From IMG/VR virus record IMGVR_UViG_3300005683_000068, positions 10,218 to 74,217 of that record: a DNA stretch of 64,000 nucleotides; one strand, written 5' to 3'. Below, one piece after another: positions 9,459-18,158 of this stretch. The notes under the pieces were generated by a model. That model did no database searches. It was not told the DNA's origin and saw only the letters and a program-made list of their open reading frames with translations. The stretch's first letter is position 1. Each line of letters starts with the position of its first letter. The position numbers were made by a program, and so were the translations under genes. The DNA comes from a virus (Duplodnaviria > Caudoviricetes).

Positions 9459-9715
9459 TTCTCATCCCCTTCCGTGTGCCAAAAGTGCTGAAGACACAGA
9501 GTAGAAGCGGCTAGACCTTCCTTACACCCAATCCGCTCAAAACGCTTATGTACACGAGATAGGGCTTGGAAGTCTAACGTATCCTCGTCGGGACTATTCC
9601 CACCTACACTAACCTTGCTTTTGACCCAACCCGCTAAAGAGCCGCCGTAGTGGCTTAGCAAACCAAGACCGCCTACGCCCATCAAAGCATAAGCTAGTAG
9701 ATGCTGTAAGTCCAT
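9455..9715 (-). CDS. Small membrane protein
   Basis: N-terminal TM 'LLAYALMGVGGLGLL'. Confidence 0.55.
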   Translation of the reverse strand: MDLQHLLAYALMGVGGLGLLSHYGGSLAGWVKSKVSVGGNSPDEDTLDFQALSRVHKRFERIGCKEGLAASTLCLQHFWHTEGDEK

Positions 9716-9725
9716 ATCCTATTCC

Positions 9726-10163
9726 TTATTGATTACACAACCAAAGAAGGGTATTCATCCACCAATTATTCCACCCGCTAAGAATGCAGTAGTTGCGATT
9801 GAACTTTCCGTTATGGTGAACAGCATGATGTTTCGGATGAATAATAACTCTGGTTGCTTGAAGTAGTCTTACTACCCTTCCTGATTTGTCGCTATGGTGA
9901 GCTAGGTAATGAGGAACCTGAGCGACGCAACCAAACAAAGACGCAGAGGTCAGAAACAGACTGCGATTCCACGCCCCTAGAACCAGCAGAGGAATAGCTA
10001 CTACCAGAGGTTGCCAATCGAATCCTTCCATCGTATTCGTCCTATGGTGCTCCTCAAACAAGTCAACCTGATGCTGTAAGTTAAACCCCTTATCCGTCAT
10101 TAAGTGGTAGATACCCGTTAAAGCATCTACCACTAGGTAAGCAAATAGAATCTCTATCATCAT
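9726..10163 (-). CDS. CarF/TMEM189(PEDS1)/FAD4-type His-box lipid desaturase domain protein
   Basis: 'DALTGIYH', 'FEEHH', 'HYLAH', 'LQ..VII.PKHHAVHH' and 'NYCILSGWNN' reproduce the TMEM189_B-domain motif order; two hydrophobic segments. Confidence 0.8.
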   Translation of the reverse strand: MMIEILFAYLVVDALTGIYHLMTDKGFNLQHQVDLFEEHHRTNTMEGFDWQPLVVAIPLLVLGAWNRSLFLTSASLFGCVAQVPHYLAHHSDKSGRVVRLLQATRVIIHPKHHAVHHNGKFNRNYCILSGWNNWWMNTLLWLCNQ

Positions 10164-10174
10164 CCTTCGTCCCT

Positions 10175-10504
10175 CTAGGAAGCTGCCAATCGTTCCAAGA
10201 TAGCAGTTACCACGGAAATCAAAATACCGCGAAGGGCCAAAAAAGAAGCTATTGGGCCGAGAGGAAACAATACACCAAAGATACGCACTACTTCTTCTGC
10301 TACTGCCTTACGTTCCTCAGGCGTGTCGATTAGTTCTTTTCCTTGTCCCATAATGACCTTAATCATTGCGGACAGCACGTCTGAAACCTGACCCTCCATT
10401 GGCTTACCTGCCAATGCTGCTTGCTCAGCGGCAACCTCCATTGCTGGAGCTAACGCTGCATTCAATTGTGATGCGTTCAACGGTTCCATTTTCAACTCCT
10501 TCAT
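10175..10504 (-). CDS. Hypothetical protein (109 aa, hydrophobic C-terminus)
   Basis: Clean ORF in operon. Confidence 0.55.
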   Translation of the reverse strand: MKELKMEPLNASQLNAALAPAMEVAAEQAALAGKPMEGQVSDVLSAMIKVIMGQGKELIDTPEERKAVAEEVVRIFGVLFPLGPIASFLALRGILISVVTAILERLAAS

Positions 10505-10550
10505 GAATTAAACAACATTCATTTTACAGTTAGGGGCTTAACAAATTATG

Positions 10551-10892
10551 TTAAGCTCCAAAACAACCATTGCGTCTTTTTAGACGCAAGAATCTTCTCA
10601 ATCTAACTTCGGATCTCGGTGAGTCATCAATCGGAGTTCTAGCTAGAACATGGGACTGTATTTGATTTCTCACCTCCTTTATTCTTTCAGCAATAAGAGT
10701 GTCCATCTCCTTCAACTCTTTTTCTGATCTTGGTTCTACAATAGAACCTATGTTTTGTCCGTTGTTTTGTTTCCTTTCTTCATTTAGTGCAACACGATAA
10801 CTGTTAGCACATTCCACACTGCAAAATCTTCTGTTAAGATACTTATAAAATCTCTCATTGCAGTGTTCGCATCTGCGATAAGATAATTTCAT
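10551..10892 (-). CDS. Zinc-finger protein
   Basis: 'CEHC...RRFCSVEC' treble-clef motif. Confidence 0.6.
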   Translation of the reverse strand: MKLSYRRCEHCNERFYKYLNRRFCSVECANSYRVALNEERKQNNGQNIGSIVEPRSEKELKEMDTLIAERIKEVRNQIQSHVLARTPIDDSPRSEVRLRRFLRLKRRNGCFGA

Positions 10893-10898
10893 TTTCCC

Positions 10899-11237
10899 TT
10901 AGTCCTCTTTACGTGGCACAATAGCTACACAATCACGTCCAGACATACACAAATAGCTCTTGCCTTTCAAAACTACTTTGAAAGGTGCTCGCATTCCCAT
11001 AAAGAATACCATGTCCCCTACCTTTATTGGATTAGGAACAAATGTTCCACTATCACGATAAGCACCAGGACCAGACTTCACCACAACACCTTTCTGAGTA
11101 TCATCTACTCCTACCTTGATGTTATCTGGTAAAGCTACGCCTCCTCTCGTCTTAGTTTGAATAATAGGATCAATCAAAATGTAATCCCACAACGGCTCAA
11201 ACTCTTCATAACCAACTTCTGTCTTTCCGTTTTCCAT
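10899..11237 (-). CDS. groES: Co-chaperonin GroES (Cpn10)
   Basis: 'PLWDYILI...TRGGVALPD...GVVVKSGPG...IKVGDMV'; RBS GAGGAG before ATG 11237. Confidence 0.9.
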   Translation of the reverse strand: MENGKTEVGYEEFEPLWDYILIDPIIQTKTRGGVALPDNIKVGVDDTQKGVVVKSGPGAYRDSGTFVPNPIKVGDMVFFMGMRAPFKVVLKGKSYLCMSGRDCVAIVPRKED

Positions 11238-11263
11238 TTCACAACTCCTCAGGTAAATAGAAA

Positions 11264-12916
11264 TCAAACCCAACCACCCATAAACTCTTTGCCAAATGAG
11301 CGTTTGAATTGTCTCTCAGTGTTCTCATCTTCTTCATCACGAATTGTTTGTAATGGATCAAATGGCAATGTAATGCTGCCACCAGTGAAACCACCACACA
11401 CAATAGCAGCATAGGATGCCATATCTATCTGATCATTGGTCTCATCCTTCAATCCCATCCAACGCAACCATTCTGATTCAAGATCAAATCTCCATGTTCC
11501 TTCGTGCTTTGGTAAATAAACTTGTCCTGCTTCAAGCATATTAGTAAAGGGGGCGGCCCTCACCACCTTATCAACAATGCCGGATGAGATCATTTGAATC
11601 GGCATCTTGCGTTTGAGATCATCCACTACTGCTGGACCCATAGCTTTGTTTTCAACGTGGGTCATGCTTGGCTTCCAAATATAATGAATGTTCTCTATTG
11701 CATCTCTGATTGCTGTATAACCCACTCCCTGCAATCTAAGAACGTGTTTCGCTATTAGTGCTCTGAAATTACCAGAGATGTAATAATCCCAAACACCAAT
11801 AGCAGTGTGGCTAAGTGATTTGCCTCTGTGCTCACGTTCTATATCTTCAACACCACCAGCAGTATCCACTGTCACAAACCGCCTTGCTTCCTGCTCATTA
11901 AATGAAAGCAAAACCTCTGCTGTATGAAGAATGTTTCCGTCACCGTCATTACGTGAGATCAACAGATTTACCATTCGATCCTGCATCACATAATAACGCA
12001 ACCATTCTGGCTTAATCAAACCAGTTGGCATAATTGTCCAGTCGCCATTCATCAAGCGTTCTCTGATGACTGGCGAAAGATGCATCAGATTCCTGATATA
12101 ATCATCCGGATCAACAGCAGGATTGTCTCTAATTTTGGATGGCACAAATACACGTTTAGAGCCATCGTGGGTGCATTCAGTTTCATATATATCTCCAATG
12201 TTGCCAGTCTTTAGATCATTCTCAGCTTGCTTGGAGATGAATCTTGACTTAACCCAATCATGTCCTTTACCACCAGGGTTAGTAGCTGACCTCATTCGAT
12301 AAGGAGCATCAATGCTAGTCTTTTTACGAAGACGCGAGAACAGGAACAAATAATCCTCTTCAGTGAATTCTGTCAGCTCATCAAAGCCAATGAACTGATA
12401 TTCAGACGAACCATAACGATACTTGTCAAATTCACTAGAGATGTACCCAAATTGAAGTGTGGCACCAGATTTGAATGACCACATAAAATTGCTGCCATTC
12501 CATTTACATTCACCTCTAGCAGCAGCGGGAGCCAGCCATTCATGGGACCTAGGGATCAAACCACCGGCTAGGCGTAATCGCTGCAAATCTGTTCTAACAA
12601 TCAACGCCGAATAGCCAGGTACATGGGCATACTGTAATGCTGCTCGCAATAGACTATCACTCTTACCCCCACCAGCAGCACCACCAAACAACACCTCAAG
12701 ATTAGGTAGTTTTAGAAAAACATCTTGTTTATGCCAATGTGGATACTTACACCACTTGCTCACAGGATCCTTCGAGTATAATTCCAACTTTCTCAGATTC
12801 CCTAACAGCTTCGGCAACTGAGATTTCTCTACCGTCGATAATAAGTTTTTCTGCTCCGAGGACTTCAGCGAGTTGAAGTATTGATAATGTTCTAGACTGA
12901 GAATTTCCTTTGTCAT
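11264..12916 (-). CDS. terL: Terminase large subunit
   Basis: Walker A 'FGGAAGGGKS', Walker B 'IGFDELTEF', 'SATNPGG', nuclease 'TVDTAG' and 'DQIDMAS'. Confidence 0.92.
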   Translation of the reverse strand: MTKEILSLEHYQYFNSLKSSEQKNLLSTVEKSQLPKLLGNLRKLELYSKDPVSKWCKYPHWHKQDVFLKLPNLEVLFGGAAGGGKSDSLLRAALQYAHVPGYSALIVRTDLQRLRLAGGLIPRSHEWLAPAAARGECKWNGSNFMWSFKSGATLQFGYISSEFDKYRYGSSEYQFIGFDELTEFTEEDYLFLFSRLRKKTSIDAPYRMRSATNPGGKGHDWVKSRFISKQAENDLKTGNIGDIYETECTHDGSKRVFVPSKIRDNPAVDPDDYIRNLMHLSPVIRERLMNGDWTIMPTGLIKPEWLRYYVMQDRMVNLLISRNDGDGNILHTAEVLLSFNEQEARRFVTVDTAGGVEDIEREHRGKSLSHTAIGVWDYYISGNFRALIAKHVLRLQGVGYTAIRDAIENIHYIWKPSMTHVENKAMGPAVVDDLKRKMPIQMISSGIVDKVVRAAPFTNMLEAGQVYLPKHEGTWRFDLESEWLRWMGLKDETNDQIDMASYAAIVCGGFTGGSITLPFDPLQTIRDEEDENTERQFKRSFGKEFMGGWV

Positions 12917-13373
12917 TCATCACCCCTACTTGCTGATTGATATTCACGGTGTTTTTCTCACGGGCTTCCTCTGCCCAGCGTTTCTTCCATCTAATTTTCA
13001 ACTTCCATGCCGCAGCACGCCAATCAGCATCAGCAGCATCATCTACACGCTGGACATCAGCCGCTTCGCCTTCAGCTAATGCCTGGATTACTTGCTTATA
13101 GCACTGAAGGTATAGTTTCTGGTCTGAATTCTTTATGACCAATTCAGGATCGGCTTCTACTAGTTTTGATAAAGCCTTACCTTGTTTCATCCATTGACCT
13201 ATGGTATTTGCATGGACTCCTAATGCTCTAGCAGCAACAGAAATCCAGCAGCCTGCTCTAAGCAGGCTGCATAGTTGATCAAGTCTCTCTGGTGTTAGAG
13301 CAGACTTTGGCCCAGGTTTAGTCCGCTTGATAGCAGACCTATCTCGTTTCACTCTTTCTTTTTCCTTGGGCAT
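12747..13373 (-). CDS. Terminase small subunit-like HTH protein
   Basis: 'PGPKSALTPE...AARALGV...TIGQW' HTH and 'DWRAAAWKL..RW' motif; directly upstream of terL. Confidence 0.65.
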   Translation of the reverse strand: MPKEKERVKRDRSAIKRTKPGPKSALTPERLDQLCSLLRAGCWISVAARALGVHANTIGQWMKQGKALSKLVEADPELVIKNSDQKLYLQCYKQVIQALAEGEAADVQRVDDAADADWRAAAWKLKIRWKKRWAEEAREKNTVNINQQVGVMNDKGNSQSRTLSILQLAEVLGAEKLIIDGREISVAEAVRESEKVGIILEGSCEQVV

Positions 13374-13400
13374 CTTTGTTCGCCTTTCAATTAGTTACTA

Positions 13401-13541
13401 CTACTTCTTCTTCTTCTTTTTAAGAATGGCTTTCTTTCCACCACCCTTTTTTGAAGCAACCTTCTTCCTGCCACCGCCACCTTTCTTACCACTAGTGTTG
13501 GCAGTACCACGAACAGGAAACGAATGTGAACCACGCATCAT
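13401..13541 (-). CDS. 46 aa Lys/Gly-rich basic micro-protein (absent from ORF track)
   Basis: AAGGAGG RBS, then MMRGSHSFPVRGTANTSGKKGGGGRKKVASKKGGGKKAILKKKKKK, ending TAG TAG TAA. Confidence 0.75.
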   Translation of the reverse strand: MMRGSHSFPVRGTANTSGKKGGGGRKKVASKKGGGKKAILKKKKKK

Positions 13542-13543
13542 GA

Positions 13544-13966
13544 CTAATCCTCCTTAGGGATTAAAGGGGTTAATGCCGAATCAGATCGGCGTGCTTTCAA
13601 CGTGAATTGTTCTTTAGGTAATTTGATACCTAATTTTTCAGCGAGTCCAATTCCATCCACAAAGGTATTTGTCTTATCCATAAAATCATGCCACTCTGAC
13701 TCTCTAACAAACGCCCTGGCTTGATTCCCGCTGGCAAATACCATTACTACATAGTAATCACAGTCCTTAGCCGCCTTCACGGCAGCCGTTGCTTGTTTCA
13801 TCATCTTGGCTATTTCAGAAACCTCTCTAGCATCATCCTTCTCTATACTCCCCGAAGTTTCTTTGCTGTGTATTGGATGGTCCTTGATTTTAGGACCTTT
13901 GAATTTTGGAGCAAGACGTAACTTAGTCTCGCGGCTGTTTAATTTTAATCTGCCCATGCTTAACAC
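13544..13966 (-). CDS. Conserved partner of the phage PAPS-reductase-like protein
   Basis: 'DYYVVMVF....ARAF...F.DG..LAEKLGI.LP' resembles proteins found beside such PP-loop genes. Confidence 0.55.
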   Translation of the reverse strand: MLSMGRLKLNSRETKLRLAPKFKGPKIKDHPIHSKETSGSIEKDDAREVSEIAKMMKQATAAVKAAKDCDYYVVMVFASGNQARAFVRESEWHDFMDKTNTFVDGIGLAEKLGIKLPKEQFTLKARRSDSALTPLIPKED

Positions 13967-14633
13967 CCCATTTAGCTCTCAACAACTCCGCACGTTGTAG
14001 CGGAAACCACTCTAGTATCTTTTTGTAGTCCTCAGGGTAATCAGTTCTAATAGGCTCAAGAAACCTATAGTCTATACCGTCGAAGCTACGACCAAACATC
14101 CTGTAATCATCTGGAACTGGAGTTTTGTTTTGTGTGAGTATATTAACCACATCCTGTTTTGTGGCTTGCCATATAGGGTAGATTCTATTCTGTATTCTCC
14201 AGTGTTTAATTCGCATTCTTCGCAAGACACTATCCCTAACTCTGATTCCTACTGCAACAACGGTATCTTGCGGTACTCCTGCTGTTATACATACTCCTTT
14301 TGCTACGTCTGTATATTCAAAGCGAGGAAGTTCCAAGTAATTTATTACTGGTATCCTATGTAAAGGTTGTGCTGTTCCTGTCCTCAACATCTGGTAAAAA
14401 TCAGGATGTACCGTAATATAAACATGCTGTTTGAAATGCTCTTCACAGTGTTTAATTGCCTTCCTAACAAATGACAATCCTGGAACTATTTCCATATAGA
14501 AAGGGATTACTTTGATCTTGTAGTGTCTCAATACCTCCCATAATGCCAATGAATCCTTACCACCAGAGAAAGATAACAATACCTGTTCCTGTTGTTTCAA
14601 GTATTCTACAATCTCTGATTCTGGAAGGTACAT
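13923..14633 (-). CDS. PAPS-reductase-family (PP-loop) protein
   Basis: 'VLLSFSGGKDS' PP-loop, 'VGIRVRDSVLRR', 'YPIWQATKQDV'. Confidence 0.8.
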   Translation of the reverse strand: MYLPESEIVEYLKQQEQVLLSFSGGKDSLALWEVLRHYKIKVIPFYMEIVPGLSFVRKAIKHCEEHFKQHVYITVHPDFYQMLRTGTAQPLHRIPVINYLELPRFEYTDVAKGVCITAGVPQDTVVAVGIRVRDSVLRRMRIKHWRIQNRIYPIWQATKQDVVNILTQNKTPVPDDYRMFGRSFDGIDYRFLEPIRTDYPEDYKKILEWFPLQRAELLRAKWGVKHGQIKIKQPRD

Positions 14634-14678
14634 TATAACCTACTTGGTAAACCGCATAACTATTTTGTTCAGTAGGAG

Positions 14679-14933
14679 TTACAACGAGTTCTCTTTCACA
14701 GAATTATCCCTATCCGCATCCATCAATCTTCTAGTGGCTCCTATGATCTCTGATGCCACAGTTCTGTGAGGATCAAGAGCAACCAAATGCTCACCTGATG
14801 TTGTATGAATCTTCGTCACCTTAATATCTTTAATGACTGTTTCAACTAAAGTGGTAACTCGCAATGGATCAACTGAAACATATCTATTGTTGTCTGGGTT
14901 TGGATCATAAGCAGGATAGGTAAGCAGCTTCAT
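14679..14933 (-). CDS. Hypothetical protein (weakly FlbD-like)
   Basis: Beta-strand pattern 'VSVDP..V..LVE...TKIHT.SGE.LV'. Confidence 0.5.
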   Translation of the reverse strand: MKLLTYPAYDPNPDNNRYVSVDPLRVTTLVETVIKDIKVTKIHTTSGEHLVALDPHRTVASEIIGATRRLMDADRDNSVKENSL

Positions 14934-15076
14934 ACATCCTCCTTCTTCACCTTAGCGTGCTTTGGCAATTTGGTTCCTAGTTTCTTTTTGATCAATGCTC
15001 TAGCTTCTGATTTGGTATTTGCTTGCACACGGAAGGAAGAATAAGTCCACCACGGTTGATTATTTGCTGTGCTCAT
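14930..15076 (-). CDS. 48 aa basic protein (absent from ORF track)
   Basis: MSTANNQPWW...ANTKSEARALIKKKLG...; ATGA overlaps at both ends. Confidence 0.65.
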   Translation of the reverse strand: MSTANNQPWWTYSSFRVQANTKSEARALIKKKLGTKLPKHAKVKKEDV

Positions 15077-15393
15077 TTGTTTTCGCTTATCCTAATTAAG
15101 CCCTGTTTATTGAGATCAAATAATTCACATTCCACACAAAGCAATGATTTAGTTGCCAACAGAACTGAATTGCCGCAGCATCTGCATTTGAATCCAGGAG
15201 TGGTTCTCAACAGGCATAAAGAATTTATAGTAAGGTCTTTCTTATTATTATGGCGTTGACCATGTTTAATTTGATGAACACTGGCTGGGGATCTACCTAC
15301 TATTCTTGCAGTTTGGGAGATGCTATGGGTCTTAAGCAACTGCCTGATTCTAGCCACTACTTTAGCAGACTCAATGGATTCTCGTTTGGTCAT
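15073..15393 (-). CDS. HTH plus zinc-ribbon protein
   Basis: 'SISQTARIVGRSPASVHQI' HTH, then CRCC...CVEC. Confidence 0.65.
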   Translation of the reverse strand: MTKRESIESAKVVARIRQLLKTHSISQTARIVGRSPASVHQIKHGQRHNNKKDLTINSLCLLRTTPGFKCRCCGNSVLLATKSLLCVECELFDLNKQGLIRISENK

Positions 15394-15737
15394 GTTGATT
15401 GTGATTCTCCTGTTCTAGTGATCACATCAACAAAAGAGCGGTACGTGGCTTTCTTTCCACTCTTTATTGCTACCATCACAAATTGGTAGGCAAGGGTGTA
15501 ATTGATATTCCATCCAAGGTCACAACGGTATCTACCTCCAGAACCTACTGCTGTTGCTGTTCCTGAAGCTAAAGTATTTCCGCTTGAATCAAGAAGTGTC
15601 CAGGTTACATCAGCATCATTTATCCACTTAGGATCACCGTTAGTTTCTTTAGGATCGGTTTCATCCAAGAATCCTTCTAGATAAACGCTATTGTCGCTGG
15701 CTTCTCCCAAATTGATACGCTTACTCATTTCTGACAA
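15390..15737 (-). CDS. Virion-associated Ig-like protein
   Basis: Beta-sandwich pattern 'VTWTLLDSSG..LASG...G.YR'; follows the fibre gene. Confidence 0.5.
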   Translation of the reverse strand: MSEMSKRINLGEASDNSVYLEGFLDETDPKETNGDPKWINDADVTWTLLDSSGNTLASGTATAVGSGGRYRCDLGWNINYTLAYQFVMVAIKSGKKATYRSFVDVITRTGESQST

Positions 15738-17793
15738 CTCCTTGATACCTAAAACTGCTTCTTAGACTGCCTTTTAATTCCCTAGCAAATGTATTGCCAG
15801 CAGGAAGTAAAGTAGCTGCTTTAGGAGTGAGCACAAGAGGCAGTGAAGAAGCTGTAATCTTACGTCTCAACAAAAAGGAATGACTCTGTGCTACAAGTGT
15901 AACAGTTGCACCCGCAAAACTCAGTTTACGCCCAGTACGTAAACCCGCTGTAAACGCATTAGCAAGCGTTTGGCCGGGGTTTGCTGTCAAAACCCGCCGC
16001 CAAGTCAGGGTCCTATCATTTGCTGTAATAGAAAGCGTGAGGGGGCTTGCTGTCAATGGAGTATGAACACGAATCAAAGAAGTGCTTGGAGATGTTAATG
16101 TCAACGTAAGAGCACTAGCACCAATCTTACGTGCTGGACGAATAGTGTGATTGCCTCCGGTAAGCACCAGAGTTGCTTTTGAAGCTAAGATGCCTTTACC
16201 ATGCTTTAGAGTTAAGACACCTCCACTCAATCCTAATGCACCTGCTATAGCATTTAATTTTCCCTGCTTTGTAATCAAGGCATATTTTGCTTCAAGAACA
16301 AAATCCTTCTTATCAGCAGTTAATCTATATCCATATCTCAAAGGCACATCTAGTGCAGTCAACGTAATAACAGGCTCAACTGCCTCAATGTATTTACCAT
16401 GTGCTAGGATATTATTTGTACCTAACACAGTAAGAGCAGCAGGCGACGCTGCAATGCGATAGCCCTTCAAAAGATTAGCGTTCTTACCAAGAATACTAAT
16501 CTCATAAGGAGGTTGCCCAATCCTTATTACTCTATTCCATTTCAGAGTAGCAGCAATTCCAGCCAAAACAAGAGATGCTTCATCAACAACAAGAGGCTTT
16601 GTTCTTGTAAAAGTACGATCAGAAGCAACAAGAACAAGAGTAGATTTGGTAACAGGAAACTTGTATCCTCTCAAAATACCTGTATCTAATCCTGATAGCA
16701 CCATTGATGCTGGCCCAGCAATTAGATTATTTAGGTTGTATTTGAGATTTGCAACTGTGCCATTCAAAACAAGACTAGCTGGAGAAGCTACTAACTTCAA
16801 TCCACGTCTTAATGTAACCTCTCCGGCTAATACAAGAGATGCCGGCGATGCTGTAATGTGCTTTCCATACACAAAAGAAGCTGAACCACCAGCTATTGTC
16901 AAACCACCAGCACTTGTGGCCATTCCTTTACCACGAACTAATCCATGCTGTTCTGCTGTTAATAGCAAAGCTGTTGCATCAACTGGTAATTTCCATTTAT
17001 GCAAAATGGAATGGCTCTGAGCAGACAGAGCAAGAGCAGCTTTATCAACCTGGAGTGTTGCTTTGGTTTTTATTCCAGTAAGAGTAAGACTAGCTGGGGA
17101 AGCTGCTAATTTTCGTCCATACAACAAACCAGCGGCCTGGCCACTAAGAACTAAGGAGGCTGCTGATGCTGTAAGATATCCTCCAGGAGAATCTCGTAGA
17201 TTTACACCAGTAATTGCCCAAGCTGTATTAGCATCATTAGTCCATTTGAAGTTGGAAGCACTTGAGGATGTTACATGGTCATGAGAAGCCACTCCTAATG
17301 AACCAGATGCAGTCCCTACATTTATCCTTTCTACTGGGTTCAGCCCTACATCTACCGCACTAATTGATGAATCATAAGCATTAACTCCAACTACAGGTAG
17401 TCCTAAAACAAAACCAAAGGTTGTTATATCACCAGATGTACCAGTATTGGAGCCAATAGCACTATTGTAAGGACTTGACTGATGAACGCTATTAAAAGAC
17501 AAGGCCCCTGCTATTGAATCTTGTGCTGCCGCTAATGTAACAACAACATTGTGGGTCCCAGTATCAGGATTAGATAACCCCCAAACCTCAAGAGCACCGC
17601 TTCCATAATCAGCACTTTGCTGGAACGTTAAAGAAACTCCGTTATAAGTAATGGAAGAAACAGTGCTGCCCCCAAACCTACTAACAAATACCAACAAGTG
17701 GCGGTTGCTGCCACTACAAGTATGACTGAAAGAATAAGAACTTCCAGTTTGTAATCCTGAATTAGAAACCGCATCCAATGTAGGCACAGACAT
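15721..17793 (-). CDS. Repeat-rich fibre-like structural protein (690 aa)
   Basis: N-terminal beta domain followed by many ~21 aa 'A(S)PASLVL(S/T)G..A.L' repeats. Confidence 0.65.
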   Translation of the reverse strand: MSVPTLDAVSNSGLQTGSSYSFSHTCSGSNRHLLVFVSRFGGSTVSSITYNGVSLTFQQSADYGSGALEVWGLSNPDTGTHNVVVTLAAAQDSIAGALSFNSVHQSSPYNSAIGSNTGTSGDITTFGFVLGLPVVGVNAYDSSISAVDVGLNPVERINVGTASGSLGVASHDHVTSSSASNFKWTNDANTAWAITGVNLRDSPGGYLTASAASLVLSGQAAGLLYGRKLAASPASLTLTGIKTKATLQVDKAALALSAQSHSILHKWKLPVDATALLLTAEQHGLVRGKGMATSAGGLTIAGGSASFVYGKHITASPASLVLAGEVTLRRGLKLVASPASLVLNGTVANLKYNLNNLIAGPASMVLSGLDTGILRGYKFPVTKSTLVLVASDRTFTRTKPLVVDEASLVLAGIAATLKWNRVIRIGQPPYEISILGKNANLLKGYRIAASPAALTVLGTNNILAHGKYIEAVEPVITLTALDVPLRYGYRLTADKKDFVLEAKYALITKQGKLNAIAGALGLSGGVLTLKHGKGILASKATLVLTGGNHTIRPARKIGASALTLTLTSPSTSLIRVHTPLTASPLTLSITANDRTLTWRRVLTANPGQTLANAFTAGLRTGRKLSFAGATVTLVAQSHSFLLRRKITASSLPLVLTPKAATLLPAGNTFARELKGSLRSSFRYQGVVRNE

Positions 17794-17801
17794 AAATCAT
17801 C

Positions 17802-18128
17802 CTAACAAGGGTTTGTGCCCACTTCAGCAGGATCAAGTCTGGCCATCATGTGCCGAAGTCCTTGAGGATCAATATGCATTGCCAGCAAATCTGCTTGGGC
17901 ATAGACACCTGCTGGTAGTCCTACTTCGGGGACAACACTACAACCTAACTTACTAGATGGAAAACGATATTTCTCTCTATGAGCAATATGCACTTCCCCT
18001 GCCTCATTCTTTACAATGGTATTACTACGATCAGTAGTAATCCACTCAATAATCAGCAAAACAGAACCCCCATCCTCAATGATAGGGGTTATTTTAGGAC
18101 GAAGAAAGAACTCAGGGTTCTCGTTCAC
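17802..18128 (-). CDS. Hypothetical protein
   Basis: Clean ORF with GGAG RBS in the virion module. Confidence 0.55.
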   Translation of the reverse strand: MNENPEFFLRPKITPIIEDGGSVLLIIEWITTDRSNTIVKNEAGEVHIAHREKYRFPSSKLGCSVVPEVGLPAGVYAQADLLAMHIDPQGLRHMMARLDPAEVGTNPC

Positions 18129-18158
18129 TGCTCAACTCCTCTTTGCAATTCACAAGAA

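Noticed and set aside
10532-10556. GCTTAACA/TGTTAAGC dyad as a promoter or terminator
   Set aside because: Real palindrome, but no U-tract and no correctly spaced -35 for the nearby TAAAAT; function not supportable.
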